64,000 nt of DNA from Spirochaetia bacterium (GTDB lineage: Bacteria > Spirochaetota > Spirochaetia > DSM-2461). Shown piece by piece: positions 19,723-29,683 of the stretch. Position 1 is the stretch's first letter, and every line of letters begins with the position of its first letter. A program made the position numbers and the translations under genes. Location: assembly GCA_963666985.2 (NCBI GenBank), contig CAXXIA010000001.1:1056001-1120000 (forward strand). The letters run 5' to 3'. The notes under the pieces are model-generated. The model searched no databases. It was not told the origin of the DNA and was given only the letters and a program-made list of their open reading frames with translations.

Positions 19723-21099
19723 ATGAATCCGAACATCATCGTCTTTTTTACCGACCAGCAGCGCTGGGACACCTGCGGGTGCTACGGTCAATCACTCAAT
19801 ACAACGCCGAATCTGGATAAACTCGCCGCCGAAGGCGTACTCTTCGAACGGGCATTCACCTGCCAGCCGGTGTGCGGACCGGCTCGATCCTGTCTTCAAA
19901 CCGGTCGGTACGCCACGCAAACCGGCTGCTATCGGAACGACATCGCACTCCCGGCCGATCAGAAAACCATCGCGCATCATCTTAAGGAGAACGGATATCG
20001 AACCGGTTACATCGGAAAATGGCATCTTGCTTCCGATACGGAAAACGGTCTTGATAATCAGACGAAACCCATACCCGAAGAGCTCCGCGGCGGCTGGGAA
20101 GACTGGCTTGCCTCCGATATCCTTGAATTCACTTCGCAAGGATACGGCGGCTATATGTTCGATTCGGACGGGAGTCAAAAAAACTGGCCGGATGATTGTT
20201 ATCGCGTTGATGCGCTTACCGATTTCGCTTTGGAACATCTGGATGACTATTTGGCGGGAGAGGCACCCTTTATCCTCTTTATTTCCTACATCGAACCGCA
20301 TCACCAGAACAACATGAACCGATATATCGGTCCGCACGGCTCCAAGGAGCGATTCGCCGATTTTAAGACTCCGGGAGATTTAACCGAAGGCTTCGGCGAC
20401 TGGGAAGAGAATTATCCCGATTACCTCGGAGCCATCAACGCGCTCGATTGTTCTCTGGGACGCATCCGAGAACGAGTAGAAGAACACAATGCCTTTGATG
20501 ATACGCTATTCTTATTTTTCAGCGATCATGGCTCCCACTTCAAAACCAGAAACAACGAATACAAACGATCCTGCCATGAAGGTTCTATTCACATTCCTCT
20601 TGTCATCAGCGGACCGGGATTTCGCGGCGGCATCCGTTATGAGAACTTGGTCGGTCTTATCGATATTCCCCCGACGATAATCCGCGCTTCGGGCAAAGAG
20701 CCTCCTTCCTTCATGAGCGGCCGCCCTCTTCAGGATGAAGTTTCAGGAATCCTGCCCGCCAGGGAAAGCATATTCATTCAAATTTCGGAAGATCATATCG
20801 GACGTGCCGTACGGACTGATAAGTGGAAATATGAGATTTGCGCGGCTACGGATGAACCTTACTCCGGCTGGCGTTTTCCTTCCTGGGACGTTTACAGGGA
20901 ATGCCGCCTTTACGATTTGGAATCCGATCCGTGGGAACGCGTTAATCTCATCGACGATCCGACGCTGAAAGATGTGCGCCTTCATCTTCGCTCGGAATTG
21001 CTGAATCATATGGAAAAAGCCGGAGAAAGAAGACCGAGAGCCGTTTTGGAGGCCGCATCTCCCGATATCGATCCGGAACTGATGAATTCCGTCCTCTGA
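19723..21099 (+). CDS. cytoplasmic sulfatase-like hydrolase (Cys type)
   Basis: PNIIVFFTDQQR, CGPARSCLQTG, GKWHL, SDHG; no signal peptide. Confidence 0.92.
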   Translation: MNPNIIVFFTDQQRWDTCGCYGQSLNTTPNLDKLAAEGVLFERAFTCQPVCGPARSCLQTGRYATQTGCYRNDIALPADQKTIAHHLKENGYRTGYIGKWHLASDTENGLDNQTKPIPEELRGGWEDWLASDILEFTSQGYGGYMFDSDGSQKNWPDDCYRVDALTDFALEHLDDYLAGEAPFILFISYIEPHHQNNMNRYIGPHGSKERFADFKTPGDLTEGFGDWEENYPDYLGAINALDCSLGRIRERVEEHNAFDDTLFLFFSDHGSHFKTRNNEYKRSCHEGSIHIPLVISGPGFRGGIRYENLVGLIDIPPTIIRASGKEPPSFMSGRPLQDEVSGILPARESIFIQISEDHIGRAVRTDKWKYEICAATDEPYSGWRFPSWDVYRECRLYDLESDPWERVNLIDDPTLKDVRLHLRSELLNHMEKAGERRPRAVLEAASPDIDPELMNSVL

Positions 21100-21288
21100 A
21101 TGACTTAATTTATAAAAAATCGAATTAGCGGCCGTCTTTTTATCCGCGAACTTCCGCTTTAATCCGGAGAAACACCGAGAAATGAAATGTTTCCGAAGGT
21201 TTTATGGAAGAGTCGCGCAAAGTCTCTCATAATTAGAGTGAAACCGTTCGCGGTATGTTATGTCACTATCGGGATGGGGAGCATTGCC

Positions 21289-21642
21289 ATGAATGGAAAA
21301 CGAATACTCGTCATCGACGACGAAAAGGCGATTCTGGACGCTTTAAAAATTATCCTGGAAGACCTCGGACATACTCTTGAAGTGTTTCAGGAGCCGGAGC
21401 TGGGTCTGAAAGCGGCACTCAGCCGAGATTACGACTTGATAATTACCGATCTGCGAATGCCCGGTACCAACGGAGCGGAGATTGTTAAACGAGTCAGGCA
21501 AGAAAAACCGGATTCCAGAATACTCATTATAACCGCCTATCCGGGTGATCAGCTCGTCGGTTCCGCTCTGAAAGCCGGAGCCCGGGGAGTCCTGAAGAAA
21601 CCATTTGAAATCGCTAAAATTCTCGACGTCCTGAGGGAATAA
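21289..21642 (+). CDS. single-domain response regulator (receiver)
   Basis: ILVIDDE, IITDLRMPGTNG, IITAY, KKPF. Confidence 0.9.
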   Translation: MNGKRILVIDDEKAILDALKIILEDLGHTLEVFQEPELGLKAALSRDYDLIITDLRMPGTNGAEIVKRVRQEKPDSRILIITAYPGDQLVGSALKAGARGVLKKPFEIAKILDVLRE

Positions 21643-21643
21643 A

Positions 21644-23176
21644 ATGCCAGGCAGTCAACGGGACTATCGGAAACAGGAAATTCTTGAAGATGCTCGCACC
21701 TGGCTTAACGAACTGGAACGAACCGAACGCCTTCATCGCGAGATGGAAGAAGACCGGGGCCAGGAGTACAAAGAGGATATCCGGGCCGATGAGATGAGAA
21801 CCATCAGCCTCGAATATGGTCTCCAGGTCGACGGATATGTCGATGTTCATGTATCCGAAGATCGAATGACATGCCTGATGAATCTCTATCCGCCAAGCTT
21901 GGATGGGAATTTCCCCGATATAACAGCTATCAACGAAGCCATGGCGTCCTGCGGGGTCACGGCTCCCATTCAGGGAGATGTCGTTCTTAAGGCCCTTCAA
22001 GAACTTCGGGAGAAAAGGGAGACCTTATTCGACGTTATCCTTTTGCGGGGACGCGCTCCGGTCAACCGCATCATGGAGCATCTGATCATCGATAAAAAAC
22101 TCCTCGGGAAAAGGATTCCGCCGGAACATGGCGGACAAATCGATCATCGGGAGTTTTCTCCGTTCCATATTATAGAAAAAGGTCAAACCGTCGGACGCGT
22201 CGTTTCGGAAAAACCGGGCAGTGAAGGAATAACCGTTACCGGACAGAAAATACCGTTTGAAACAATAGTGCCGCCGACCATACTGACGGGAGAAAATGTG
22301 GAAATACGCGGCGATGAGCTCATCGCCCTGAAGGACGGCCGACTGTTTCTTGAAAACAACACGGTCTCTATTAAGGAGATTCTGGAAATCAGAGGCGATG
22401 TCGGTTATGAAACCGGGCATATCGATTTCCCCGGCGATATAGTTCTAAACGGCACGGTTAAAGACGGATTCGCCGTTAAGGCCGGGCAGGATGTAATGGC
22501 GTCCGGAACCCTGGATGTAACAAGCTTGGAAGCCGGAGGCGACATTATCGCCCTTAAAGGACTTATCGGGCGCAAAGACGGCGTCGTTCGGGCGAAGGGT
22601 GAGATCAAGGCTAAATTCATTGAACAATGCTACGTGGAGGCCGGAGGAACGGTTCGGTTCGATGTGGGAATCATGAATTCCGTTATCCATGCGGGAAGTG
22701 CCGTTCTGGGCGGAGATAAATCCATTATCGTCGGAGGAAAACTTGTCTGCCGCGACGAGGTGAACGTCCTTCAAATCGGGAACAAATCGGAAACCCGAAC
22801 CACAATCATAGCGGGTGTGGATTACGTAATCATGAACAAACTCGAATGGATTCGGAATCAAAACATAGAAATGACCGAGAAAATCAACTCCATCCGTCAT
22901 CAAGTCGCCGCAACGGGAGATGACGACGGAGAACTTGCCGAGATGGAAGCACGCATCAGATCGAGTCTGCTGAAACTGAACCAATCATCGCAAGATCTCA
23001 TCTCTCGGCTTCATCAGGCCGAGGATGCCAAGATTGTGGTGCGCGGTTCCGTCTATCCGGGAACTTACATCGAAATCTGCCATGTCTCATATGTCGTGGA
23101 ACGCCCTATGTCAAAAGTTTTTTTTAAACTGAACAAAGCCACGGGAACCATCGCCACCGGACAGATAAGCCGCTGA
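21644..23176 (+). CDS. FapA/DUF342 family protein
   Basis: PGSEGITVTG, GDVGYETGHIDFPGDIVLNGTVKDGFAVKA, coiled coil, GSVYPGTYIEI. Confidence 0.85.
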   Translation: MPGSQRDYRKQEILEDARTWLNELERTERLHREMEEDRGQEYKEDIRADEMRTISLEYGLQVDGYVDVHVSEDRMTCLMNLYPPSLDGNFPDITAINEAMASCGVTAPIQGDVVLKALQELREKRETLFDVILLRGRAPVNRIMEHLIIDKKLLGKRIPPEHGGQIDHREFSPFHIIEKGQTVGRVVSEKPGSEGITVTGQKIPFETIVPPTILTGENVEIRGDELIALKDGRLFLENNTVSIKEILEIRGDVGYETGHIDFPGDIVLNGTVKDGFAVKAGQDVMASGTLDVTSLEAGGDIIALKGLIGRKDGVVRAKGEIKAKFIEQCYVEAGGTVRFDVGIMNSVIHAGSAVLGGDKSIIVGGKLVCRDEVNVLQIGNKSETRTTIIAGVDYVIMNKLEWIRNQNIEMTEKINSIRHQVAATGDDDGELAEMEARIRSSLLKLNQSSQDLISRLHQAEDAKIVVRGSVYPGTYIEICHVSYVVERPMSKVFFKLNKATGTIATGQISR

Positions 23177-23188
23177 ATCAAACGCACA

Positions 23189-24676
23189 TTACTGAGCTAT
23201 AGGGAAAAAAAGCTTAACAACGGTGCCCTCTCCGGGCCGGCTTTCCAGGATAAGGGTGCCGTCGTGCTGTTTGACGATTCCGTAAGCCCTCGTCAGTCCC
23301 AGACCTTTCCCCTTCCCGAATTCTTCGGTTGTATAATACGGTTCAAGGATTCTATCCACCGTTTCGGAATCCATGCCGGGACCCGAATCGTGGATTTCAA
23401 TTACGGCGTATCCGGCCTCCGATTTCGCGGCGGAATCGGCAAGAATGAAATCCGTTCCGCGATGATCGGTAGCGACGATAACGACTCCGCCCGGTCCCGC
23501 GGCGGTTAACGCGTTGTTAAGTACTTCCCGGATGGCAACCCCGACGGCTTTTCCGCTTCCGCGAACCAAAAGAGGATGCCCATGGCGCTTTCTGCGGATT
23601 CGTCCGCTTATCTTGGAATCCGTTTTCATTCTTCCCAGAACCTCGTCCAGAACATTCTCAAGATCCCAAACGGCCGCATCTTCATACGTAACCCCAAGGG
23701 TGGACAGCAGACCGTCCACGATATGAACGGCCCGTTGAACAAGCTTTTCCATTTCCGAGATTTGCGCGTCTTTCGTTTCTCCGCCGCGGCGATGAGAGAT
23801 CAGCTGCAGATGCAAAGACATCCCGGCGAGAATATTGTTGAACTCATGAGCGATTCCGCCCGTAAGGGTCTCAATGGCTTCCATTCTCTGCATTCGGTTT
23901 CTAATGGCTTCAACGGCCTGCCTTTCGGATTCTCTGGCTTTCGCATCCGAAATATCTTCAATCACACCATCAAGATACGCCAAACCCGTCTCGACATCGA
24001 CAACTCTCTGCAGCGTTAAGCGAACCCATATCGTATCGCCCGAATATTTTTTAAATCGAACCTCCCGCATTATATGACTTCCCGGCTCCCTCAACGCATT
24101 TAAGATCGCTGTACGTTCTTCGTCGGAGGCATACAGATCGGAAGCTTTGGCAATATGAAGCGAGAGCTGGTCGGGATAGCCCAATATATCAACTGTGGCG
24201 TGATTGGTTTCCAGGATGCCCCCTCCGACAGTTGTTCGTATCAGACCTACGGGAACATTCTCATACAATTCATGGTAGCGCTTACGGGATTCCCTCAGAG
24301 CATTTTCCATCCTGACGCGATGCGTGATATCCAAAACATTAATTATCAGAAGGCGTTCCTCTGGTTCTCCCACCGTTCCCCGAGAGAGGATAATATCCAA
24401 GGTATCGCCGTCGTTTGTCGTCATGTGGGTTTCAATCATGTTCAGCATCGGGGATTCATCGGATTCTTCGAACAATTCGTCCCGTTCTTTTTGCGGGAAC
24501 AGTTCCCTGATATCCCGTCCGATAAGTTTCTCCCGAATGCTGTTGATCATTCCGGAAACAACGGTATTGCAGTCGATAATATGGTAATGATCGGCGTTAT
24601 AGATGAGGAATCCGCTGGAAATTGATTCAATAATATTCCTGTAATAGGACATCAAATATTCAAACTGGTTTCTCAT
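23189..24676 (-). CDS. PAS-domain sensor histidine kinase
   Basis: Two PAS domains; GGIAHEFNNIL H-box; DSGPGM, EPYYTT, GKGLGL. Confidence 0.9.
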   Translation of the reverse strand: MRNQFEYLMSYYRNIIESISSGFLIYNADHYHIIDCNTVVSGMINSIREKLIGRDIRELFPQKERDELFEESDESPMLNMIETHMTTNDGDTLDIILSRGTVGEPEERLLIINVLDITHRVRMENALRESRKRYHELYENVPVGLIRTTVGGGILETNHATVDILGYPDQLSLHIAKASDLYASDEERTAILNALREPGSHIMREVRFKKYSGDTIWVRLTLQRVVDVETGLAYLDGVIEDISDAKARESERQAVEAIRNRMQRMEAIETLTGGIAHEFNNILAGMSLHLQLISHRRGGETKDAQISEMEKLVQRAVHIVDGLLSTLGVTYEDAAVWDLENVLDEVLGRMKTDSKISGRIRRKRHGHPLLVRGSGKAVGVAIREVLNNALTAAGPGGVVIVATDHRGTDFILADSAAKSEAGYAVIEIHDSGPGMDSETVDRILEPYYTTEEFGKGKGLGLTRAYGIVKQHDGTLILESRPGEGTVVKLFFPIAQ

Positions 24677-24788
24677 TCAAGTCCCTCTCAGAGGATTCCC
24701 TTCGCTTCTCAGACCGGGACTGCTGTAAGAGACGAAATGAATCGTGCGAAGAAGCATCTTATCAGGCAGTCTCTTCTCCGTGAAAGAC

Positions 24789-27446
24789 TTATTCATTTTC
24801 TTCATCTTCTCCGTCGAGAACCATACGGACCGCATGAGAAAGCGCCGCCGTATCGAAGGGTTTTTCGAGATACTTCAACGAATCGTTCTTCGAAAGATTC
24901 ATCAGATCTTCTTCGTATATATAACCGAACATAAGAAGCGTCTTCACTTCGGGAAGACGTTCTCTGACTTTCTCGGCCAGAAGTCTCCCATCCATTTCCG
25001 GCATAATAACGTCCGTGATAAGCAAATCCGGCCGAATCGCATTCGAGCCGACCATTTCCAAAGCCGATTCCGGGTTGTCGGCGACCGTAACGCGATACCC
25101 CAGTGATTTGAGAGTATCGCCGACCATGGCTCTCAAAGCCTCTTCATCTTCCACAAGAAGGATACTCTCGTCTTTTCCCCGGAAGATTTCTTTTCGTTTT
25201 TCGGGAACCTGAATATCGTGAACAATAGGCAGAACAATGGTGAATTCGGCGCCTTTATTCGGCTCGCTTTCAACAGCGATGGTTCCGCCGATTTGCTTAA
25301 TGATTCCGTAAACAACCGAAAGACCAAGACCCGTTCCGCTGAATCGTCCTTTGGTCGTAAAAAACGGTTCGAAAATCTGAGCCTTAACCGAAGCATCCAT
25401 TCCCATTCCCGTATCGGAAATTTTCAGTACGATACAATTCTTAGGAAAACTCTTTGATTCGGCGTTATTTTTCGAATTTTGCTCTCCCTTCATCGTTGTG
25501 ATGGTCACGCTTCCGCCTTCCGGCATGGCATCGCGCGCATTAACGACCAGATTCATGATGACTTGTTCCAACTGAAGCGGGTCAGCCTTCAGCATATCGA
25601 GATTTTCTTCAAGTTCGACTTGCAAAGTGATGTGTTCTCCGATGAGGCGCCGCAGCATTTTCTCCAAACGCCGTATAAGATCATTCAAATCGATTATTTC
25701 AGGAGAATACGGCTGCTTGCGGCTGAAGGCCAAAAGCTGACGCGTTAAACCGGAAGACCGTTTCGTCGCTTCCAGGATTTCCCGTGCCGGGCCATAAGCA
25801 GGATCATCCTTGGGAATTTTATCCGTAAGAAACTCTCCGTACATCATGACGACGGCCAGGTAATTGTTGAAATCGTGAGCGACGCCTCCGGCGAGAATAC
25901 CGATTGATTCCAGTCTTTGGGTTTGACGAAGCTGCTCTTCAAGATTCCGCCGATCCGTGATATCCGACATAGTTCCCACCATGCACCCATCTATTTTTGA
26001 GGGACACTGAATCATCCTTGAAACGGCGGAGAACCACCTGTAATCCCCCGAACTGCCGCGGATGCGGTATTCAGACGATATCTGTTTTTTCAGCGGTAAA
26101 GACTCGATTTGCCGGAGAACGTCATCGAGATCGTCCGGATGAACGAATTCACCGATGGAATGTCCCAAAACATCCTGTTCCCGGTAACCGAGCACTCTTT
26201 CAACGGAAGGACTGATGAAAAGAATCCGATTGCTGTACGGATCGACTTGAAAGAGAATGTCCCCGATATTTTCCACGAGAATTCGATAATGCTCTTCCGT
26301 GTCCAGTTTTTCTTTTTCCGCCATGCGAAGACTTGTAACATCACCGATATATCCCTCAACCGCGACTGCCGATCCGGCCGAATCATAGACACCCTGTCCC
26401 TGTTCCAGACACCAGCGAACATGCCCCTGACGGTTAAGAATCCGATAGGCTGCGGAGAAGCTCTTCCGCTCTTGGAGGGCTTTCTGAATCTCCAGCCAAA
26501 GGGCGCTTCGATCTTCCTGCAAAATCAGCTCTCCAAATGATCTCACGGCATTGCCGATCAGTTCTTCAGGTGCATAGCCTGTCAGATCAAAACAACCTCC
26601 GCCGATAAACTCCATCCGACGATCCGGATAATTTCCGCATCGATAAGCAATCCCGGGAAGATGTCTTACCACCGACAGCAGACGCTCTTCCATTTCATGA
26701 GATCGTTCCTCAGCAGCCTTTCGGTCCGATATCTCCTGAGAGAGAATGAAAACTCCTTCAGGAACCGGGTGAATGGTGAATTCGAACTGACCATGCGAAC
26801 CGTCAGGAAATTCCAAATCGGCACCCATTCGATCGGAGATACGCTCCGTCATGCAGCGTTTAATATGAGCGAGGAATTCCGTGTCATCAATATTTGGGAA
26901 CAAATCATTGATTTTTCTGCCGAAAAAATCATTACGATTTCGCCTTGCATGAACGGCTCCGGCTTCGTTGATATAAATGTACTTCCATTCAAAATCAATA
27001 ATATGACAGCCTTCCATCAGCCCATCGAGAGTCTGCCGGTATCGTTCCTCCATTTCCCGCCTGGATTTTTCAAGGTCGATAAGAGTTTCTCTGAAAACGG
27101 AGATATCAATTCCATTACAGATTAAATATCTCTGCGCTCCATCGTCTTTTACTTTAAATCTGGTGAGAATCGATGTTTCGGTTCCATTAATATGCAGGAA
27201 AGGAATCTTGATTGAAGATTCCTTTGTCCCTTCAGCCGATTCAAGGATGTGAACGATATCGTCTTTTTGCTCCGACGGCAGAATATCGGAGATTGAAATC
27301 AGACCGCTTTTTTCAATATGAATTCCCGTTAGAGTCTCCAAACCGTAATTGCAGTCGATCAGCTTCAAATCTTCATCGAGGATGAATAAGATACCGGGCA
27401 AATCCTTCGGAAAGCGATCAAGGTAATCTTTTATATCGTTACCCAT
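24789..27446 (-). CDS. multi-PAS hybrid histidine kinase with C-terminal receiver (CckA-like architecture)
   Basis: About four PAS domains; GGVAHDFNN, NARDAM, FEPFFTTK, GTGLGL; LLVEDE...TDVIMPEMDG. Confidence 0.93.
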   Translation of the reverse strand: MGNDIKDYLDRFPKDLPGILFILDEDLKLIDCNYGLETLTGIHIEKSGLISISDILPSEQKDDIVHILESAEGTKESSIKIPFLHINGTETSILTRFKVKDDGAQRYLICNGIDISVFRETLIDLEKSRREMEERYRQTLDGLMEGCHIIDFEWKYIYINEAGAVHARRNRNDFFGRKINDLFPNIDDTEFLAHIKRCMTERISDRMGADLEFPDGSHGQFEFTIHPVPEGVFILSQEISDRKAAEERSHEMEERLLSVVRHLPGIAYRCGNYPDRRMEFIGGGCFDLTGYAPEELIGNAVRSFGELILQEDRSALWLEIQKALQERKSFSAAYRILNRQGHVRWCLEQGQGVYDSAGSAVAVEGYIGDVTSLRMAEKEKLDTEEHYRILVENIGDILFQVDPYSNRILFISPSVERVLGYREQDVLGHSIGEFVHPDDLDDVLRQIESLPLKKQISSEYRIRGSSGDYRWFSAVSRMIQCPSKIDGCMVGTMSDITDRRNLEEQLRQTQRLESIGILAGGVAHDFNNYLAVVMMYGEFLTDKIPKDDPAYGPAREILEATKRSSGLTRQLLAFSRKQPYSPEIIDLNDLIRRLEKMLRRLIGEHITLQVELEENLDMLKADPLQLEQVIMNLVVNARDAMPEGGSVTITTMKGEQNSKNNAESKSFPKNCIVLKISDTGMGMDASVKAQIFEPFFTTKGRFSGTGLGLSVVYGIIKQIGGTIAVESEPNKGAEFTIVLPIVHDIQVPEKRKEIFRGKDESILLVEDEEALRAMVGDTLKSLGYRVTVADNPESALEMVGSNAIRPDLLITDVIMPEMDGRLLAEKVRERLPEVKTLLMFGYIYEEDLMNLSKNDSLKYLEKPFDTAALSHAVRMVLDGEDEENE

Positions 27447-27544
27447 GCTACGATCTCCCTTATTTTCACAAATATCAGACGCCGTTGCATGACGAATATG
27501 CGGGACTTTAAGTCTAGTGGATTTACAAATATTCTGCGTAATGA

Positions 27545-27704
27545 ATCGTCATGGAGATTCGGTTTGCCTACTGCCGAATTGGTTATGGAAGAAACAATCA
27601 TTCCGGAACTTAACGGCACAATGGAGGCCCAGCTGCTCAGTTACCTGAGCCTTTCGAAGATATCGGTCGGATGTGTGGTTAACTTCCGCGATGAACGAGT
27701 GTAA
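27545..27704 (+). pseudogene. GxxExxY-family C-terminal fragment
   Basis: ELVMEETIIPEL...EAQLLSYLSLSKISVGCVVNF resembles D(L/I)IVE..IIVELK...EAQLLNYL......GLLINF; N-terminus absent. Confidence 0.5.
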
Positions 27705-28384
27705 TGGGATCGGCGTGTACTCAATCCCATTACACGCTGATTTGTTTAAATAGATTCGGTGTAACGGGATAACTCTACTCATAAAACCGAGGAAGCTCTC
27801 TCCGGAGGGTTTTCTTCGGCAATGTGGGTTTCTACGTAAGATCTAATTCAATGTATACGCATTATTTGGACCCACCCCACGCCGAAACGCTTCAACGTCA
27901 TAAAATGACCAATTTTATGAAATTGATGCTCAAAATCTCGCCTCCGGGAGCCCTTCGGGTTCTGATAACGATGAGCGTTATCCGAACTTCCTGGGGTTGG
28001 ATGGAATCGGTAAGGGAAAGGCATCCTCGAACGGAAGAAACCCGGAGGGGAAGGATTCGGCCGGTCGGGGAATTCGGGCTATCGCGCTGCGCGCCATAGC
28101 CATTGGCCGTCACTTCAGGGATGCGCTGGGCCGCCCGTGGAGGGCGGCAGGACATAGGATAATCGAGCAAAGCGAACACTGCAAGGTTCCTATAATCGCG
28201 CGTTCTGTCGCTCGACTGTTTACTTGCGGAACGACTATTGGGCAGATTCGACATTCCGGCTATCACTCTGAATGTAGTGTGATGGTATTTACCTGACACT
28301 CACCGGATAGAAACGGTGGGCCCCCTGCTCCTGAATGGTATGATGAAATCGCAACAAAATCACATGCCACAGGAGGACTCAGAG

Positions 28385-28643
28385 ATGCCCACCACTCAGA
28401 CGGTAGCACAGAAAGCAGCACGTCGAAAGTTAAGTATGCTGGAACTGGCCACTGAACTGAACAATGTCAGCAAGGCCTGCAAGATCATGGGATATTCCCG
28501 CTGGCAGTTCTATGAGATCAGAAGAAACTTTCAAACTTATGGCGCTGAAGGTTTGCTCGATCAGATTCCAGGAGCCAGGAATCCCCATCCGAACAGAGTC
28601 AGTGAAGAAGTTGAAAAGGCCATCCTTGATTACTGCATGGAAC
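28385..28643 (+). pseudogene. IS481 transposase N-terminal fragment
   Basis: KLSMLELATELNNVSKACKIMGYSR.QFYEIRRNFQTYGAEGL, cut at the IS3 left end. Confidence 0.85.
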
Positions 28644-28693
28644 TGAACCACCCCGGCTTTACCGGAGGCACAATTACTTGAGAGGATTGTGTC

Positions 28694-29014
28694 ATGGGAA
28701 AGCAAACAAGGTACCCCAAGGAAGTCCGGGAACAATCTGTCCGGATGGTGTTTGAGAAGCAGAAGGACAGCGAATCTCAGTGGTCGGCGATTTGTTCAAT
28801 ATCCGCTAAGATCGGCTGTACACCCGAAACACTCCGGAAATGGGTTCGGCAGGCAGAAATCGATGAAGGGCAGCGGGATGGTCTAACCAGTGAAGAGCGT
28901 AAGCGTCTTAAAGAGCTGGAAAAGGAGAATCGAGAACTTCGTACTGCCAACGAAATTCTTCGAAAGGCCTCAGCGTATTTTGCCCAGGCGGAGCTCGACC
29001 GCCGAAAGAACTGA
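28694..29014 (+). CDS. IS3-family transposase OrfA
   Basis: RYPKEVREQSVRMV...IGCTPETLRKWVRQAE...ANEILRKASAYFAQAELDR. Confidence 0.92.
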   Translation: MGKQTRYPKEVREQSVRMVFEKQKDSESQWSAICSISAKIGCTPETLRKWVRQAEIDEGQRDGLTSEERKRLKELEKENRELRTANEILRKASAYFAQAELDRRKN

Positions 29015-29560
29015 TGGTCGGTTTTATCAATGAGAACCGGGAAGAATATGGAGTCGAGCCTATCTGCAAATCACTGCCGATTGCTCCGTCGACCTATCAT
29101 CTACAAAAAGCAAGAGAAGCTGATCCTGAACTCGAACCTGATCGAACACGTCGAGACCGGTTTCTTAAAAATGAGATTCAGGAGATATGGGATGAGAACC
29201 GTAGAGTCTACGGCGCCAGGAAAGTCTGGAAGGTTCTTAGAAATGAGAAGCATCTCCATGTAGCCAGGTGTACCGTCGAACGTCTTATGCGTTCTATGGG
29301 TCTCAGAGGCGTCATTCGGGGCAAGGGAACCAAGACCACCTTCCCGTCACCGAAAGATGAAAGACCCGAGGATCTGGTTAACAGAGATTTCACAGCTTCC
29401 AAGCCGAATCGGCTTTGGGTTGCGGATTTCACCTACGTTTCCACCTGGCAGGGCTTCGTCTATGTTGCCTTCATCATTGATGTCTTCTCCCGGATGATCG
29501 TCGGTTGGCGAGCTAGCCGGTCGATGAAAACCGACTTTACTCTTGATGCGCTCAATCAGG
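29014..29560 (+). pseudogene. IS3 OrfB, N-terminal part
   Basis: YGARKVW, VARCTVERLM, LWVADFTYV; cut by IS21. Confidence 0.9.
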
Positions 29561-29683
29561 TGTCAGCACCGGTGATAAATTTCCTGAAAACACCGGAATA
29601 AGATTTCCGGTTTTGAGCCAATAAAAACGGGCGAGTATCCCTAAGATGGAGTAACCATACACCCATCGAAAAGGACACTGCCC

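Noticed and set aside
24717..24773. MITE suggested by the inverted repeat GGGACTGCTGTAAGA...TCTTATCAGGCAGTCTC
   Set aside because: It is short and imperfect, with no target duplication or second copy in the window; it may be a simple intergenic hairpin.
27824..28299. ORFs of 91-133 aa left of IS481
   Set aside because: They overlap on both strands, lack an RBS or recognisable motif, and are probably non-coding.
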